Source: Lytechinus pictus (taxonomy: Eukaryota). Taken from it: DNA of 64,000 nt. Position numbers and translations under genes: made by a program. Position 1 is the stretch's first letter; every line of letters begins with the position of its first letter. This document shows positions 12,890 through 24,045 of this stretch, one piece after another. The notes under the pieces were generated by a model, which ran no database searches, was not told the origin of the DNA, and saw only the letters and a program-made list of their open reading frames with translations. The stretch covers positions 5,952,001 to 6,016,000 of the forward strand of contig NC_087247.1 in assembly GCF_037042905.1 (NCBI RefSeq), in the 5' to 3' direction.

Positions 12890-13417
12890 CTCTTCTATTG
12901 TCTCTTCTTCTCCTTCTTCTGATTCTTCTTCCTATCCTTCTTCCTTATCCTCTTCTGCCTCTTCATTTTCTTCTTCGTCTTTTTCTGCTTCTTCTTATCC
13001 TTCTCTTTCTTCTTCTGCTTCTTTTTCTTATCCTTCTTCTTCTCGCCCCTTTCCTTCTCCTTTCTCAACTTCTTCAACAAAAACAAGTGAGGGAGAGAGT
13101 GTGTGTGATCAAGAGAGAGGGAGAGAAAATGTAATGAGAAATGAATCGAAAAGAATATGACAGCGACGACCCTGGCCGCTCGCACCAAAATGAGAACCGA
13201 GCTACCGGATCTCAAACATCCTTCTTCGCCCATTTAAATATCCCTCTCCCTTTAAGAGTTTCTTGAGAAAATTAGATGGAAAGTGGATTGCGTTAATGAA
13301 AGAAGAGTGTATTTTGCAGCTCTTGATTTTGTTTATATGTTAGGTGCTGCTATTAAAACATTTTTTAATAACAAATTGGTATCTTAAAGGTCGCAAATAA
13401 TAAGATCATCCCCCTTC

Positions 13418-16266
13418 AAACCTGGAGATCTCAAACAGAGCGATTAGTGGATTGTTTATTTATATTATATTCATATCTTTACAATATCTTGTATTTATAC
13501 AGTAAGGTTTATAAGTCAATAGTCCAGTCTATCATTCTTATTATATTTGGGGGACTATTTCTGGTGATTCCTCTCAATATTTAATCAATCGTGAATTATC
13601 ACTTCACTGTTCATTAATATTTTCGGGGGGGGGGGGGGGTTACGGCCACTGTTTCTCATGTTGAGGGATTCATTTCCTTACTTTTTATTAGGGGTGCATA
13701 GAGGTTTATCCCTGTCTTTATATTTTTATTATTTATTTATATTCTTTTATTAGAACAAATTGTCAATTATATATTTTATTTGAAAATCGCATCTGTTGAT
13801 ACTTTTTTTTTTTAGTTTAAAAATCAATTGCTTAACCATAATAATTCATTGACGAAAATAGTGCTTTTTATTAGGGGTGTTTTGAGGTTTATCCCTGTCT
13901 TTATATTTTCATTATTAATTTTTTTTCTTTTATTAGAACAAATTGCCAATTATGTATTTTATTTGAAAATCGCATCTGTTGATACTGTATTTTTTCTGTG
14001 TTAAAAATCAATTGCCTAACCATAATTATTCATTGACGAAAATAGTGCAGGGTGTTTTTCAATTTGTTTAAGAGGGAAATAGAGACATATCTATTCAGTT
14101 TCTTTCTTGGTAATTTGGTGGCTCTGAAAAGAGCCGTTGTGTTTAGAGGCGAGATTAAATCTCAAGCCAAAATGACTCATGAGAGTCATTCGAAGTCGCT
14201 GTCGTCGCCTTCGCCCCAGGTGAAGGCGCTCCTTGAGTAGTTGTTTGCCGTGGCTGGTTGACGGCTGCTTGGACCGGCACCCTCCTCTTCACCTCCGCTT
14301 CCTTCCTTCCTAATCTCGATGTAGTCAGCTGGGCAGATGACCCTCCTCGCTGGCATCTTTTTCCGCTTCCTCGGCATGTTGGATGTCATGTCGGGCCTGT
14401 TCGTCGGCGTGGAGGTAGCTGCAGGGACGTCGTCGACTTCCTGGTCACCGTCGTCATCGTCGTCCTCATCGTCACTCATTCTCGAGAGCGACATGTCTGC
14501 CAAGTCTGCCTTTTCACCTGTCCACGTGTCAAAGAGAGGCGATTCGGCGTCGAGGAGGTTGGCCGTAGTCAGGGGGTAGAATCGGCGCATCAGGGCAAAG
14601 AAGGCGTCGAAGATGTTTTGCCCGGAAGTGTGGTTGCGCCAGATGACTTCGGCGAGATGCGCCTCGAAATTGCTCATGGTGGTCCCGTTGATCCGTCTGA
14701 AGTGATCCTTGGCATGCTTCCAGGCGCCCTCGATGCGGTTGGTACACACCTCCTTGATCACCCCCGTAGTCGCATGTCGGTAGCGGGCTTTGAACGTCTC
14801 TTTATGAATGACGTTGAAATGCTCGTAGCCGAGATCGTTCAGTGAGGCGTAGCCAGCCCAGCCGTCGGTCAGGATTGTCGACCCCACCTCGACGTGGCGG
14901 GTAATGATGTGGACCAGTGTGTCTTCCTTCCTATCCTCTACGGGGTAGAGAATGATTTTGTTCGTCGACCTCTCCACCATGCCGACGATCCACACCTTCA
15001 TGCCGACGTTTGGGTTGCCTTTATGGTATTTGCAACGTCTGCCGAACAGTGACTCATCTATCTCGACTTCACCAGACAGCTTCATGGGGGCGTCAGGGCT
15101 GTAGACCTCGGACACATATTGTCGAAACAGATCCCTTATGTAGTTGGCCCAGTCGACCGCCGTCTTCTTGTAGTCCAGTCCCGCCTGGGTAGCCATACAT
15201 CGGAGGGAGTTCTTCAGGAGAAAATCACGGATAAACTCCATGATGTCCTGGAAGCTGAAGTGGCTTCTCCTGAAGAATGAATTCTCCGTGATTGAGAACT
15301 CCACATCCTTGTGGACGTCGTTCTTACGGCAACGCCACCGGAACCCATGATGTTTGCCTTTGCGCTGAACCAGACGGCAGTCTCTCTGGCATCGGGGGCA
15401 CACCTTCTTCTCGCAGAGCAGCCCTTGCCCCATCATCCACTCCACCACATCTCTTGGAGGACTAAGAAACAGGCTATAGAAACTCCAAGGATTGTAAAAA
15501 TGGGAAACCCTGCATGTTGAAGGATCGACGCGCTTACGAAAGTTGCCAGCCATCTTGAAGGATACTGATGGTCAACCTCAAATTTTCACACAATTTATAC
15601 CTTTTTGGAGGACCGTATGCCTCCATCTTGTGAAACGTGTGATTGGACCCCTACTTTCCCCCCCTTTTCTGCCAGCGAAATCGACAATATGCAAATCTCG
15701 TCCGTGTGACGGTATTATGCAAATCAGGCCCGCATGTACCTGATTTAATTATTCATGACTGATACAAACATACACGGTGCGAATACAGGTGGTTCATGAC
15801 ATATGAAGCTCATAATTGACTGCTATCTTCTATTTCATCCATTTATCAAGTCATCCACTAACCACAACGACTGTTGGGATTGCAACATCAACAGATTTAA
15901 CCCGAAAATTAGTTCAAAATAAGAGACATGCCGTCCGTAGGCCTATAGGCTATATATGGACAGGTAATCTTTATGCACATTAATTGAGCCAATCGAGGGA
16001 GTAGAGGCTAGCTGCCAAACGTGGGATAGGTTAGCCCGGCCCTGAAGAAGCGATTTGCATTTTGCGCCTTCTACCCGGGTCGATGTCCCATTGGCTGATA
16101 AAATTAGTGCCTTCATCTCATGAGCACCTTGTGTATCATTACATAATGTGTGTTACCCGAAGCAGGGAAGACTTCCCTGCCCGAAGGTTGTCAACCAGGG
16201 AGATCCCCCTCGCCCGAATCAAACACACTGCCCAGCGCTGTGTAGTCTATATTCTGCAGACACTTT
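13418..16266 (-). repeat. Left arm of the central palindrome
   Basis: Reverse complement of 16635-20096. Paired ORF coordinates sum to 32883. Confidence 0.95.
14186..15553 (-). CDS. Merlin (IS1595/ISXO2-like DDE) transposase, copy 1
   Basis: 455 aa, intronless. N-terminal Cys cluster CPRC...WRC, then GEVEIDESLFG, KYHKG, WIVGMVER, GSTILTDGWAGY, EHFNVIH and TNRIEGAW (D-D-E). Acidic tail and NLS-like PRKRKK. Confidence 0.93.
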   Translation of the reverse strand: MAGNFRKRVDPSTCRVSHFYNPWSFYSLFLSPPRDVVEWMMGQGLLCEKKVCPRCQRDCRLVQRKGKHHGFRWRCRKNDVHKDVEFSITENSFFRRSHFSFQDIMEFIRDFLLKNSLRCMATQAGLDYKKTAVDWANYIRDLFRQYVSEVYSPDAPMKLSGEVEIDESLFGRRCKYHKGNPNVGMKVWIVGMVERSTNKIILYPVEDRKEDTLVHIITRHVEVGSTILTDGWAGYASLNDLGYEHFNVIHKETFKARYRHATTGVIKEVCTNRIEGAWKHAKDHFRRINGTTMSNFEAHLAEVIWRNHTSGQNIFDAFFALMRRFYPLTTANLLDAESPLFDTWTGEKADLADMSLSRMSDDEDDDDDGDQEVDDVPAATSTPTNRPDMTSNMPRKRKKMPARRVICPADYIEIRKEGSGGEEEGAGPSSRQPATANNYSRSAFTWGEGDDSDFE

Positions 16267-16602
16267 TTCTTCTGGATATCACTCATAAATAGGCACGTGA
16301 TGCTACTTCAGTATGCTCTGTNNNNNNNNNNNNNNNNNNNNNNNNNNNNNNNNNNNNNNNNNNNNNNNNNNNNNNNNNNNNNNNNNNNNNNNNNNNNNNN
16401 NNNNNNNNNNNNNNNNNNNNNNNNNNNNNNNNNNNNNNNNNNNNNNNNNNNNNNNNNNNNNNNATCATTACCTAGTAAATTGTTCCTCATCTTGGAAAGA
16501 AGCTAATGCTAATTCATATATGTGGATATATACTGAATTATAGGGCAGCATCCTTATGATCAGGTGCGTATTTAGGGGTGATTTTCAGAAGAAAATGCCA
16601 AA

Positions 16603-16635
<33 letters not shown>

Positions 16636-17119
16636 AAGTGTCTGCAGAATATAGACTACATCGTCACAGCGCTGGGCAGTGTGTTTGATTCGGGCGAGGG
16701 GGATCTCCCTGGTTGACAACCTTCGGGTAACACACATTATGTAATGATACACAAGGTGCTCATGAGATGAAGGCACTAATTTTATCAGCCAATGGGACAT
16801 CGACCCGGGTAGAAGGCGCAAAATGCAAATCGCTTCTTCAGGGCCGGGCTAACCTATCCCACGTTTGGCAGCTAGCCTCTACTCCCTCGATTGGCTCAAT
16901 TAATGTGCATAAAGATTACCTGTCCATATATAGCCTATAGGCCTACGGACGGCATGTCTCTTATTTTGAACTAATTTTCGGGTTAAATCTGTTGATGTTG
17001 CAATCCCAACAGTCGTTGTGGTTAGTGGATGACTTGATAAATGGATGAAATAGAAGATAGCAGTCAATTATGAGCTTCATATGTCATGAACCACCTGTAT
17101 TCGCACCGTGTATGTTTGT

Positions 17120-17332
17120 ATCAGTCATGAATAATTAAATCAGGTACATGCGGGCCTGATTTGCATAATACCGTCACACGGACGAGATTTGCATATTGTC
17201 GATTTCGCTGGCAGAAAAGGGGGGGAAAGTAGGGGTCCAATCACACGTTTCACAAGATGGAGGCATACGGTCCTCCAAAAAGGTATAAATTGTGTGAAAA
17301 TTTGAGGTTGACCATCAGTATCCTTCAAGATG
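17120..17332 (+). promoter_or_regulatory. Putative transposase promoter (mirrored at 15551-15763)
   Basis: Octamers ATTTGCAT at 17159 and 17187, CCAAT at 17237, TATAAAT at 17284, Inr-like TCAGT at 17315, and YY1-like CAAGATGG at 17253 and over the ATG. Confidence 0.6.
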
Positions 17333-18697
17333 GCTGGCAACTTTCGTAAGCGCGTCGATCCTTCAACATGCAGGGTTTCCCATTTTTACAATCCTTGGAG
17401 TTTCTATAGCCTGTTTCTTAGTCCTCCAAGAGATGTGGTGGAGTGGATGATGGGGCAAGGGCTGCTCTGCGAGAAGAAGGTGTGCCCCCGATGCCAGAGA
17501 GACTGCCGTCTGGTTCAGCGCAAAGGCAAACATCATGGGTTCCGGTGGCGTTGCCGTAAGAACGACGTCCACAAGGATGTGGAGTTCTCAATCACGGAGA
17601 ATTCATTCTTCAGGAGAAGCCACTTCAGCTTCCAGGACATCATGGAGTTTATCCGTGATTTTCTCCTGAAGAACTCCCTCCGATGTATGGCTACCCAGGC
17701 GGGACTGGACTACAAGAAGACGGCGGTCGACTGGGCCAACTACATAAGGGATCTGTTTCGACAATATGTGTCCGAGGTCTACAGCCCTGACGCCCCCATG
17801 AAGCTGTCTGGTGAAGTCGAGATAGATGAGTCACTGTTCGGCAGACGTTGCAAATACCATAAAGGCAACCCAAACGTCGGCATGAAGGTGTGGATCGTCG
17901 GCATGGTGGAGAGGTCGACGAACAAAATCATTCTCTACCCCGTAGAGGATAGGAAGGAAGACACACTGGTCCACATCATTACCCGCCACGTCGAGGTGGG
18001 GTCGACAATCCTGACCGACGGCTGGGCTGGCTACGCCTCACTGAACGATCTCGGCTACGAGCATTTCAACGTCATTCATAAAGAGACGTTCAAAGCCCGC
18101 TACCGACATGCGACTACGGGGGTGATCAAGGAGGTGTGTACCAACCGCATCGAGGGCGCCTGGAAGCATGCCAAGGATCACTTCAGACGGATCAACGGGA
18201 CCACCATGAGCAATTTCGAGGCGCATCTCGCCGAAGTCATCTGGCGCAACCACACTTCCGGGCAAAACATCTTCGACGCCTTCTTTGCCCTGATGCGCCG
18301 ATTCTACCCCCTGACTACGGCCAACCTCCTCGACGCCGAATCGCCTCTCTTTGACACGTGGACAGGTGAAAAGGCAGACTTGGCAGACATGTCGCTCTCG
18401 AGAATGAGTGACGATGAGGACGACGATGACGACGGTGACCAGGAAGTCGACGACGTCCCTGCAGCTACCTCCACGCCGACGAACAGGCCCGACATGACAT
18501 CCAACATGCCGAGGAAGCGGAAAAAGATGCCAGCGAGGAGGGTCATCTGCCCAGCTGACTACATCGAGATTAGGAAGGAAGGAAGCGGAGGTGAAGAGGA
18601 GGGTGCCGGTCCAAGCAGCCGTCAACCAGCCACGGCAAACAACTACTCAAGGAGCGCCTTCACCTGGGGCGAAGGCGACGACAGCGACTTCGAATGA
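17330..18697 (+). CDS. Merlin (IS1595/ISXO2-like DDE) transposase, copy 2
   Basis: Protein identical to 14186-15553 in the ORF track, with the same DDE motifs. Confidence 0.93.
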   Translation: MAGNFRKRVDPSTCRVSHFYNPWSFYSLFLSPPRDVVEWMMGQGLLCEKKVCPRCQRDCRLVQRKGKHHGFRWRCRKNDVHKDVEFSITENSFFRRSHFSFQDIMEFIRDFLLKNSLRCMATQAGLDYKKTAVDWANYIRDLFRQYVSEVYSPDAPMKLSGEVEIDESLFGRRCKYHKGNPNVGMKVWIVGMVERSTNKIILYPVEDRKEDTLVHIITRHVEVGSTILTDGWAGYASLNDLGYEHFNVIHKETFKARYRHATTGVIKEVCTNRIEGAWKHAKDHFRRINGTTMSNFEAHLAEVIWRNHTSGQNIFDAFFALMRRFYPLTTANLLDAESPLFDTWTGEKADLADMSLSRMSDDEDDDDDGDQEVDDVPAATSTPTNRPDMTSNMPRKRKKMPARRVICPADYIEIRKEGSGGEEEGAGPSSRQPATANNYSRSAFTWGEGDDSDFE

Positions 18698-19423
18698 CTC
18701 TCATGAGTCATTTTGGCTTGAGATTTAATCTCGCCTCTAAACACAACGGCTCTTTTCAGAGCCACCAAATTACCAAGAAAGAAACTGAATAGATATGTCT
18801 CTATTTCCCTCTTAAACAAATTGAAAAACACCCTGCACTATTTTCGTCAATGAATAATTATGGTTAGGCAATTGATTTTTAACACAGAAAAAATACAGTA
18901 TCAACAGATGCGATTTTCAAATAAAATACATAATTGGCAATTTGTTCTAATAAAAGAAAAAAAATTAATAATGAAAATATAAAGACAGGGATAAACCTCA
19001 AAACACCCCTAATAAAAAGCACTATTTTCGTCAATGAATTATTATGGTTAAGCAATTGATTTTTAAACTAGAAAAAAAAATAGTATCAACAGATGCGATT
19101 TTCAAATAAAATATATAATTGACAATTTGTTCTAATAAAAGAATATAAATAAATAATAAAAATATAAAGACAGGGATAAACCTCTATGCACCCCTAATAA
19201 AAAGTAAGGAAATGAATCCCTCAACATGAGAAACAGTGGCCGTAATCCCCCCCCCCCCCCACCCGAAAATATTAATGAACAGTGAAGTGATAATTCACGA
19301 TTGATTAAATATTGAGAGAAATCACCCGAAATAGTCCCCCAAATATAATAAGAATGACAGACTGGACTTAGAAAGTGGATAATGGAAAGAATCTCGTATA
19401 AACATATTGACTAATAAACCTTT

Positions 19424-20024
19424 GGCTGAAAATAGTATGATTTATATGCCTACAAATAAAGAAAATCAGATAAACAAAACACTGAACATTTGATCAAAAT
19501 CGGACAAGGAATAACAAAGTTATGGCATTTTGAAAATTTGCATTATTCCGATGAAACAATTATGGGTATGTCATCATGAATATTCAATGATTATGAGCAA
19601 ATTGGTGATGTCATATCCCTACTTGTTCTTCTGTATTATGAAAATTAGGTTGATTCAAAAAAATTTCTACGAAGAACTTAAAACATTGGATTGACAACTG
19701 ATTTAGTGCATTAGATATTCATTGCTGCAACTTATTTCATTATAAAGGAGACACATTATTCACACATATATTATGAAAAAATGAAACAATGATTTCGTGT
19801 AATAACATAAGAAAAAGGAAAGTGGGGATGTGACATCATCAGCCCACCTAATGAATATTCATGATGACGTACGTATAATCATTTTCACAAAATATTGCTT
19901 TACTAAAAATTCAATAACTTTTTTATCTGTAATACGATTTTGATGAATTTTTCAGCATTTTGCTATATGAATTTTACTCTATTTATTCACATATAAATAT
20001 TTTCAACCGGGAGTATCCTTTTAA
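19424..20024. mobile_element. Kolobok-like MITE (left end truncated), present in the right inner arm only
   Basis: Same family as 42560-43152 (GGCTGAAAAT..., GTGGGGATGTGACATCATCAGCCCACC). Ends GGAGTATCCTT-TTAA. Absent from the left arm at about 13500. Confidence 0.75.
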
Positions 20025-22573
20025 TGTATAAATACAAGAGATATGGAAATATATATAAACAATTCACCAATCGCTCCGTTTTAAATCTCCAGGTTTTCGG
20101 GGAGGGGGTTGATGCGACAGCCCCATGAAATCTTGAAATGTAATCTTTTTCCTTTTTTTTTTTCAATTTTTCTAAACAAAACCCACAGCACCCCCTACTT
20201 AAAAATCGTTCCCAGTGCCCTGCTTGATCGTTTATCGAACATGATTTGCATGGATATTTGTATTAATTTCTTTGTATTTGAGATTTACATAATTCTTGGT
20301 AGATAATCAGATCATGCTTCATAACTTTTTGGTTTGTATAATAATATTTCTTGAAGACGAAATGATGGGATTGTTGGGTTTAAGTGACATTTGTTACCTT
20401 GTATGGTATATATCAGTTTCGTCTAATAGTTTCTGGTACTTTCTGGAGGGTAACCCCCAATTACCTTTATTTGATTAGAATTATATTTAGGACATCCATC
20501 CAAAATGATATTGCTTGGTCATGTTTGAGTCATCTGTAAATATATATATTTTACATTGATTTATATGTAGTTTGATTACCACTAACATAGTATCCTGTTG
20601 CTAGGCGAAATCCAACAATTCTACAGGCGCTGTTGGTCATGCAGTTACATCATACTAGTTGGCAGTGACGTCACGAATCATGGCACACGCCACAGAAGTC
20701 ATGAATAATTAATGAGGAGTGATCGATCCGGGAAGTCAGCAATTCAGTTTTATTGTCTAAGGATTAACCCTGTTCACACTGAAACAACGTCTTATTTAGT
20801 TTTAGTTACACTTTATTTGGGAAGTACTAGGGTCTATTCATACTATAAAGTCTTAATCTAATTTAATTTTTAATCTGATTTAAATGTATTCCGTATACTT
20901 GCATCTTAAGTTAGATCATTTTTTTGGTAATTCATTATTATCCCAGGATATTGTTTTATAATTTTCCATCTAGATAATACTTAATCAATTTGTCAATTTA
21001 TTTAAACGTATAAGTCAACAATTAACTCAAATTATACAAATTTGTCACTATACACAGTTTTGAAGTCTCTCCAATCATCTGAATTTTATTTGCCCGATGA
21101 CTTAAACTGCAATCTCTTATACTACTTTTCTCCACATTACTTTCCATTAATACTCATCAGCGTGATTTCATTAATCTTGATCAATACGTTTGAGTGTTTT
21201 CCATGTTATATACAGTATTGACTTCAATATTGTATTTGCATACCCATGATACCATGTACATGTATGATTTATATATGCCTTTGTTTTTTCACTTTCCATT
21301 ACATCCCTCTTCTTTCATAGTACTCTCCCTACACCTTCAACTCCTTTTCCTGTCTATACATGCCTATACCACCCCCACTTATTTTGCATTGGGGGGGGGG
21401 GGGGGACAAAGCAAAAAAGAGGCTTATGTCGAAAGTGATGGGCATTTTGGTGCAAACGGATTTTTCATCTCGAGATTATTCTGCGTGAAGTGAAGTATGT
21501 GTGTTTTGTAGTATAATGAAGTTGAGCAAAGCCATTTTAAAGTGATTCTGATTGAAAAGATATGTAATAAGGCTCATCCGCGAGCGAGCGGGGCAGCGGT
21601 TTTGAAATAAATTCAAATCTGAGGTTGTAAAACTCGCTTTTTTGGCCTATTATATAGAGCACTATCTGTTAAAAGGGCATCCTTGCGAGACGTTGCAAGG
21701 GCGAAACGCAAGCTCAAACTTTGTTGTCACGCATTTTGGTTAAGAAGTTCGATATTCTCTAATCATATATTTCCATTCTCATACTTAAATTAGTCAAAAG
21801 GTATTCTGCTCATTTATGCAACGAATGTCCAGTTAAGATCAATTGTGAATGTCACTTTCACTTGCCCAGTAACCTGCACAATCAAAGTACTAAATGGGTA
21901 ATTTGTTTTTCTGTTCCAATCATGAAGAAGCGAAAACGGAAATCAGCCCCTTAGTTTGTTTTTTTCAAAACACAAAAACGAAATCACAACGAGAAAAACT
22001 TGTTGAACAAGATGCCCCCCCCCCCCTCTCTCTCTCACTCCTACATGTCAGCAGCTAGTGCTTAAATCATACCCTTATTGTCTCGATATATAATTTTATT
22101 ATCAACAAAATTCATCTCGAACTTCGATCGCATTCGCATCCTATTTGCAAGTGTGAAAAATTCAGCTCGTGCTCCTCTTTCATATCCTGGTCATGCGTCA
22201 CTGTAAAGTCCTTTTCATATTTTCAGTTCAGTAATTAGAATATTAAATAAACTTTTATTGTTTAGGGTTACAAAGAGAGCTTAGTGTGCTCCATTCATAG
22301 CTCGTAACACATGTATTATAAAAAAAAAACAGTTAGCGTTCTCGTTTAGTTCGTCCGTATAGGCATGGTAGGCCTATCTTGTTGGTAAAAATTAAAGTAC
22401 AATGTACATAAACTTCCATCCTAAGGTTATCACAACCCCCCCCCCCCCAAAAAAAAAAAAAAAAAAAAAAAAAACACCTCTTCCTCTTTGAGTGGCCGAC
22501 CAGGGATTTCATGAAAAGCAATGTGTCCAACCGGCCTGTACCCCCGCCCAGCCCCTTTAAAAGTACTGGACCT

Positions 22574-22746
22574 GGTGGGTGTTTCATAAAGCTGTTCGTA
22601 AGTTAAGAGCTACTTTAAGAACGACTGGTGATCCTTTCTTGTGGTAAATGGCATATTCATTGGCGATGGTTTGGCACATAAGAAAGGTTCACCAGTCGTT
22701 CTTAAAGTTGCTCTTAACTTACGAACAGCTTTATGAAACGGCACCC
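22574..22746. mobile_element. Short Harbinger-like MITE
   Basis: Inverted GTTTCATAAAGCTGTTCGTAAGTTAAGAGC arms. Confidence 0.75.
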
Positions 22747-23829
22747 CGTACCTATGTGTATATTTTTTTCCTGACGCATTCAACCAGACAGACCTATGCG
22801 CCACCAACTGTCTTCTCAAATTTGTGCAGCCCCCCCCTCCCCCTCCCCCGCTACGAAATCTCGGATCTATAAGGGGACACATTAAACTCCTGAAATAAAA
22901 TATCACAGAAAAGGAAAAAGTATAATAATTCGTGCATGATAATAAATCATAAGAACACATTGAGACACTTTTTCAGAAATTATTAAATCTTTTAATGAAA
23001 ACGGGATATCGGGGCGAGGGTGTATGAATTAGAAAATAATTGAACACCATAATAGGCGAAGAAAAAAATGCAATATTTGGATGGTGATTTAAGAAATATT
23101 AAGTTAATTATGGAGTATAGATATCCCTCAAGCCATAATGAAATTGACCAAAAGAAAATTCATAAACCTTCCCCGAATGAATATGCCTATTCGTTTTCTT
23201 TTCTGAACTTAAATGGATGAAAAGTGAGGAAGGGGGGGGGGGGGCATTATTGAAGGAATGAAAAAAAAAATTGATAATACTCAAGAAGCCTGATGAATGA
23301 TTCAATATTGAATAAGAGAAGAAAATCGATTTGATGATTTGTGATTGCAAATAGATGGATGATACATGAAGGAATAAATGGATTCATTCGCAGCATTACG
23401 TCAAGTGAAAGATTGACAAGAAGTCAAGAACTACATAATTTAATTATTAATGACACCTCCCTGCAAAAAAAAATAATCAAAATAAAATGCTGAATAAAAC
23501 GAGGTTATCAAATAACAAGCAAATATAAATTACGATGGATAATGGAACAAAAATATATATAAATGCCTAACGTTACATAGAAAACACTCCCCGAAAATAG
23601 CAAATGAATGAATCATTCACAGATTTATCAAAAGTTATTCAGAAAGCAGATCATTAAAGCAAAATATTAAAAACACGAGGGCGGCATCAGGTTGCGAGGG
23701 GCCAGGTTGATTTTTCTCTGAAAACTGAAGGATAACATGCCTAAAACAAAGTCGCTCACTCATAATATGGATCCTACCTCCATTGTCATGCAGAGTTTTT
23801 ATTCTCACTTCTTTATTATCCCCGTTGTT

Positions 23830-24045
23830 TTTTGGAAAATAAATTGGAGCCCCCCCCCCCCCCCGGCCCCCTACAGTGCCGCGCATGATATCTCTCACTG
23901 GGGAAACAAGCCCCACGACCATGTTATTTTCCATGATATAATAGTGTAAGGGGCCTCGATAACGATTATAATTGCCGTCATCCGACCGAGCCCCACACAC
24001 GTGCGAATGCTGGGACAAGCGCATTGGACGGGACCAATTTCGCGA
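23830..24045 (-). repeat. Extra internal fragment of the Merlin TIR
   Basis: Similar to 26030-26233 and the reverse complement of about 7612-7830. Directly abuts the truncated MITE copy at 24046. Confidence 0.85.

Larger units (their letters stand above)
16635..20096 (+). repeat. Right arm of the central palindrome (with a MITE at 19424-20024)
   Basis: Mirror of 13418-16266. Homology resumes after the MITE (TGTATAAATACAAGA...CTCCAGGTTT). Confidence 0.93.

Noticed and set aside
10869-13233. Leu/Phe-, Ser- or Lys-rich ORFs
   Set aside because: Translations of CT-rich simple repeats.
14258-14845. 195-aa antisense ORF (mirror at 18038-18625) and other short ORFs overlapping the transposases
   Set aside because: Shadow frames of a GC3-rich coding sequence, with no recognisable motifs.
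18693-18712. Hairpin AATGACTC-TCAT-GAGTCATT over the transposase stop codon (read-through signal?)
   Set aside because: A second in-frame TGA follows two codons later, so read-through would add almost nothing.
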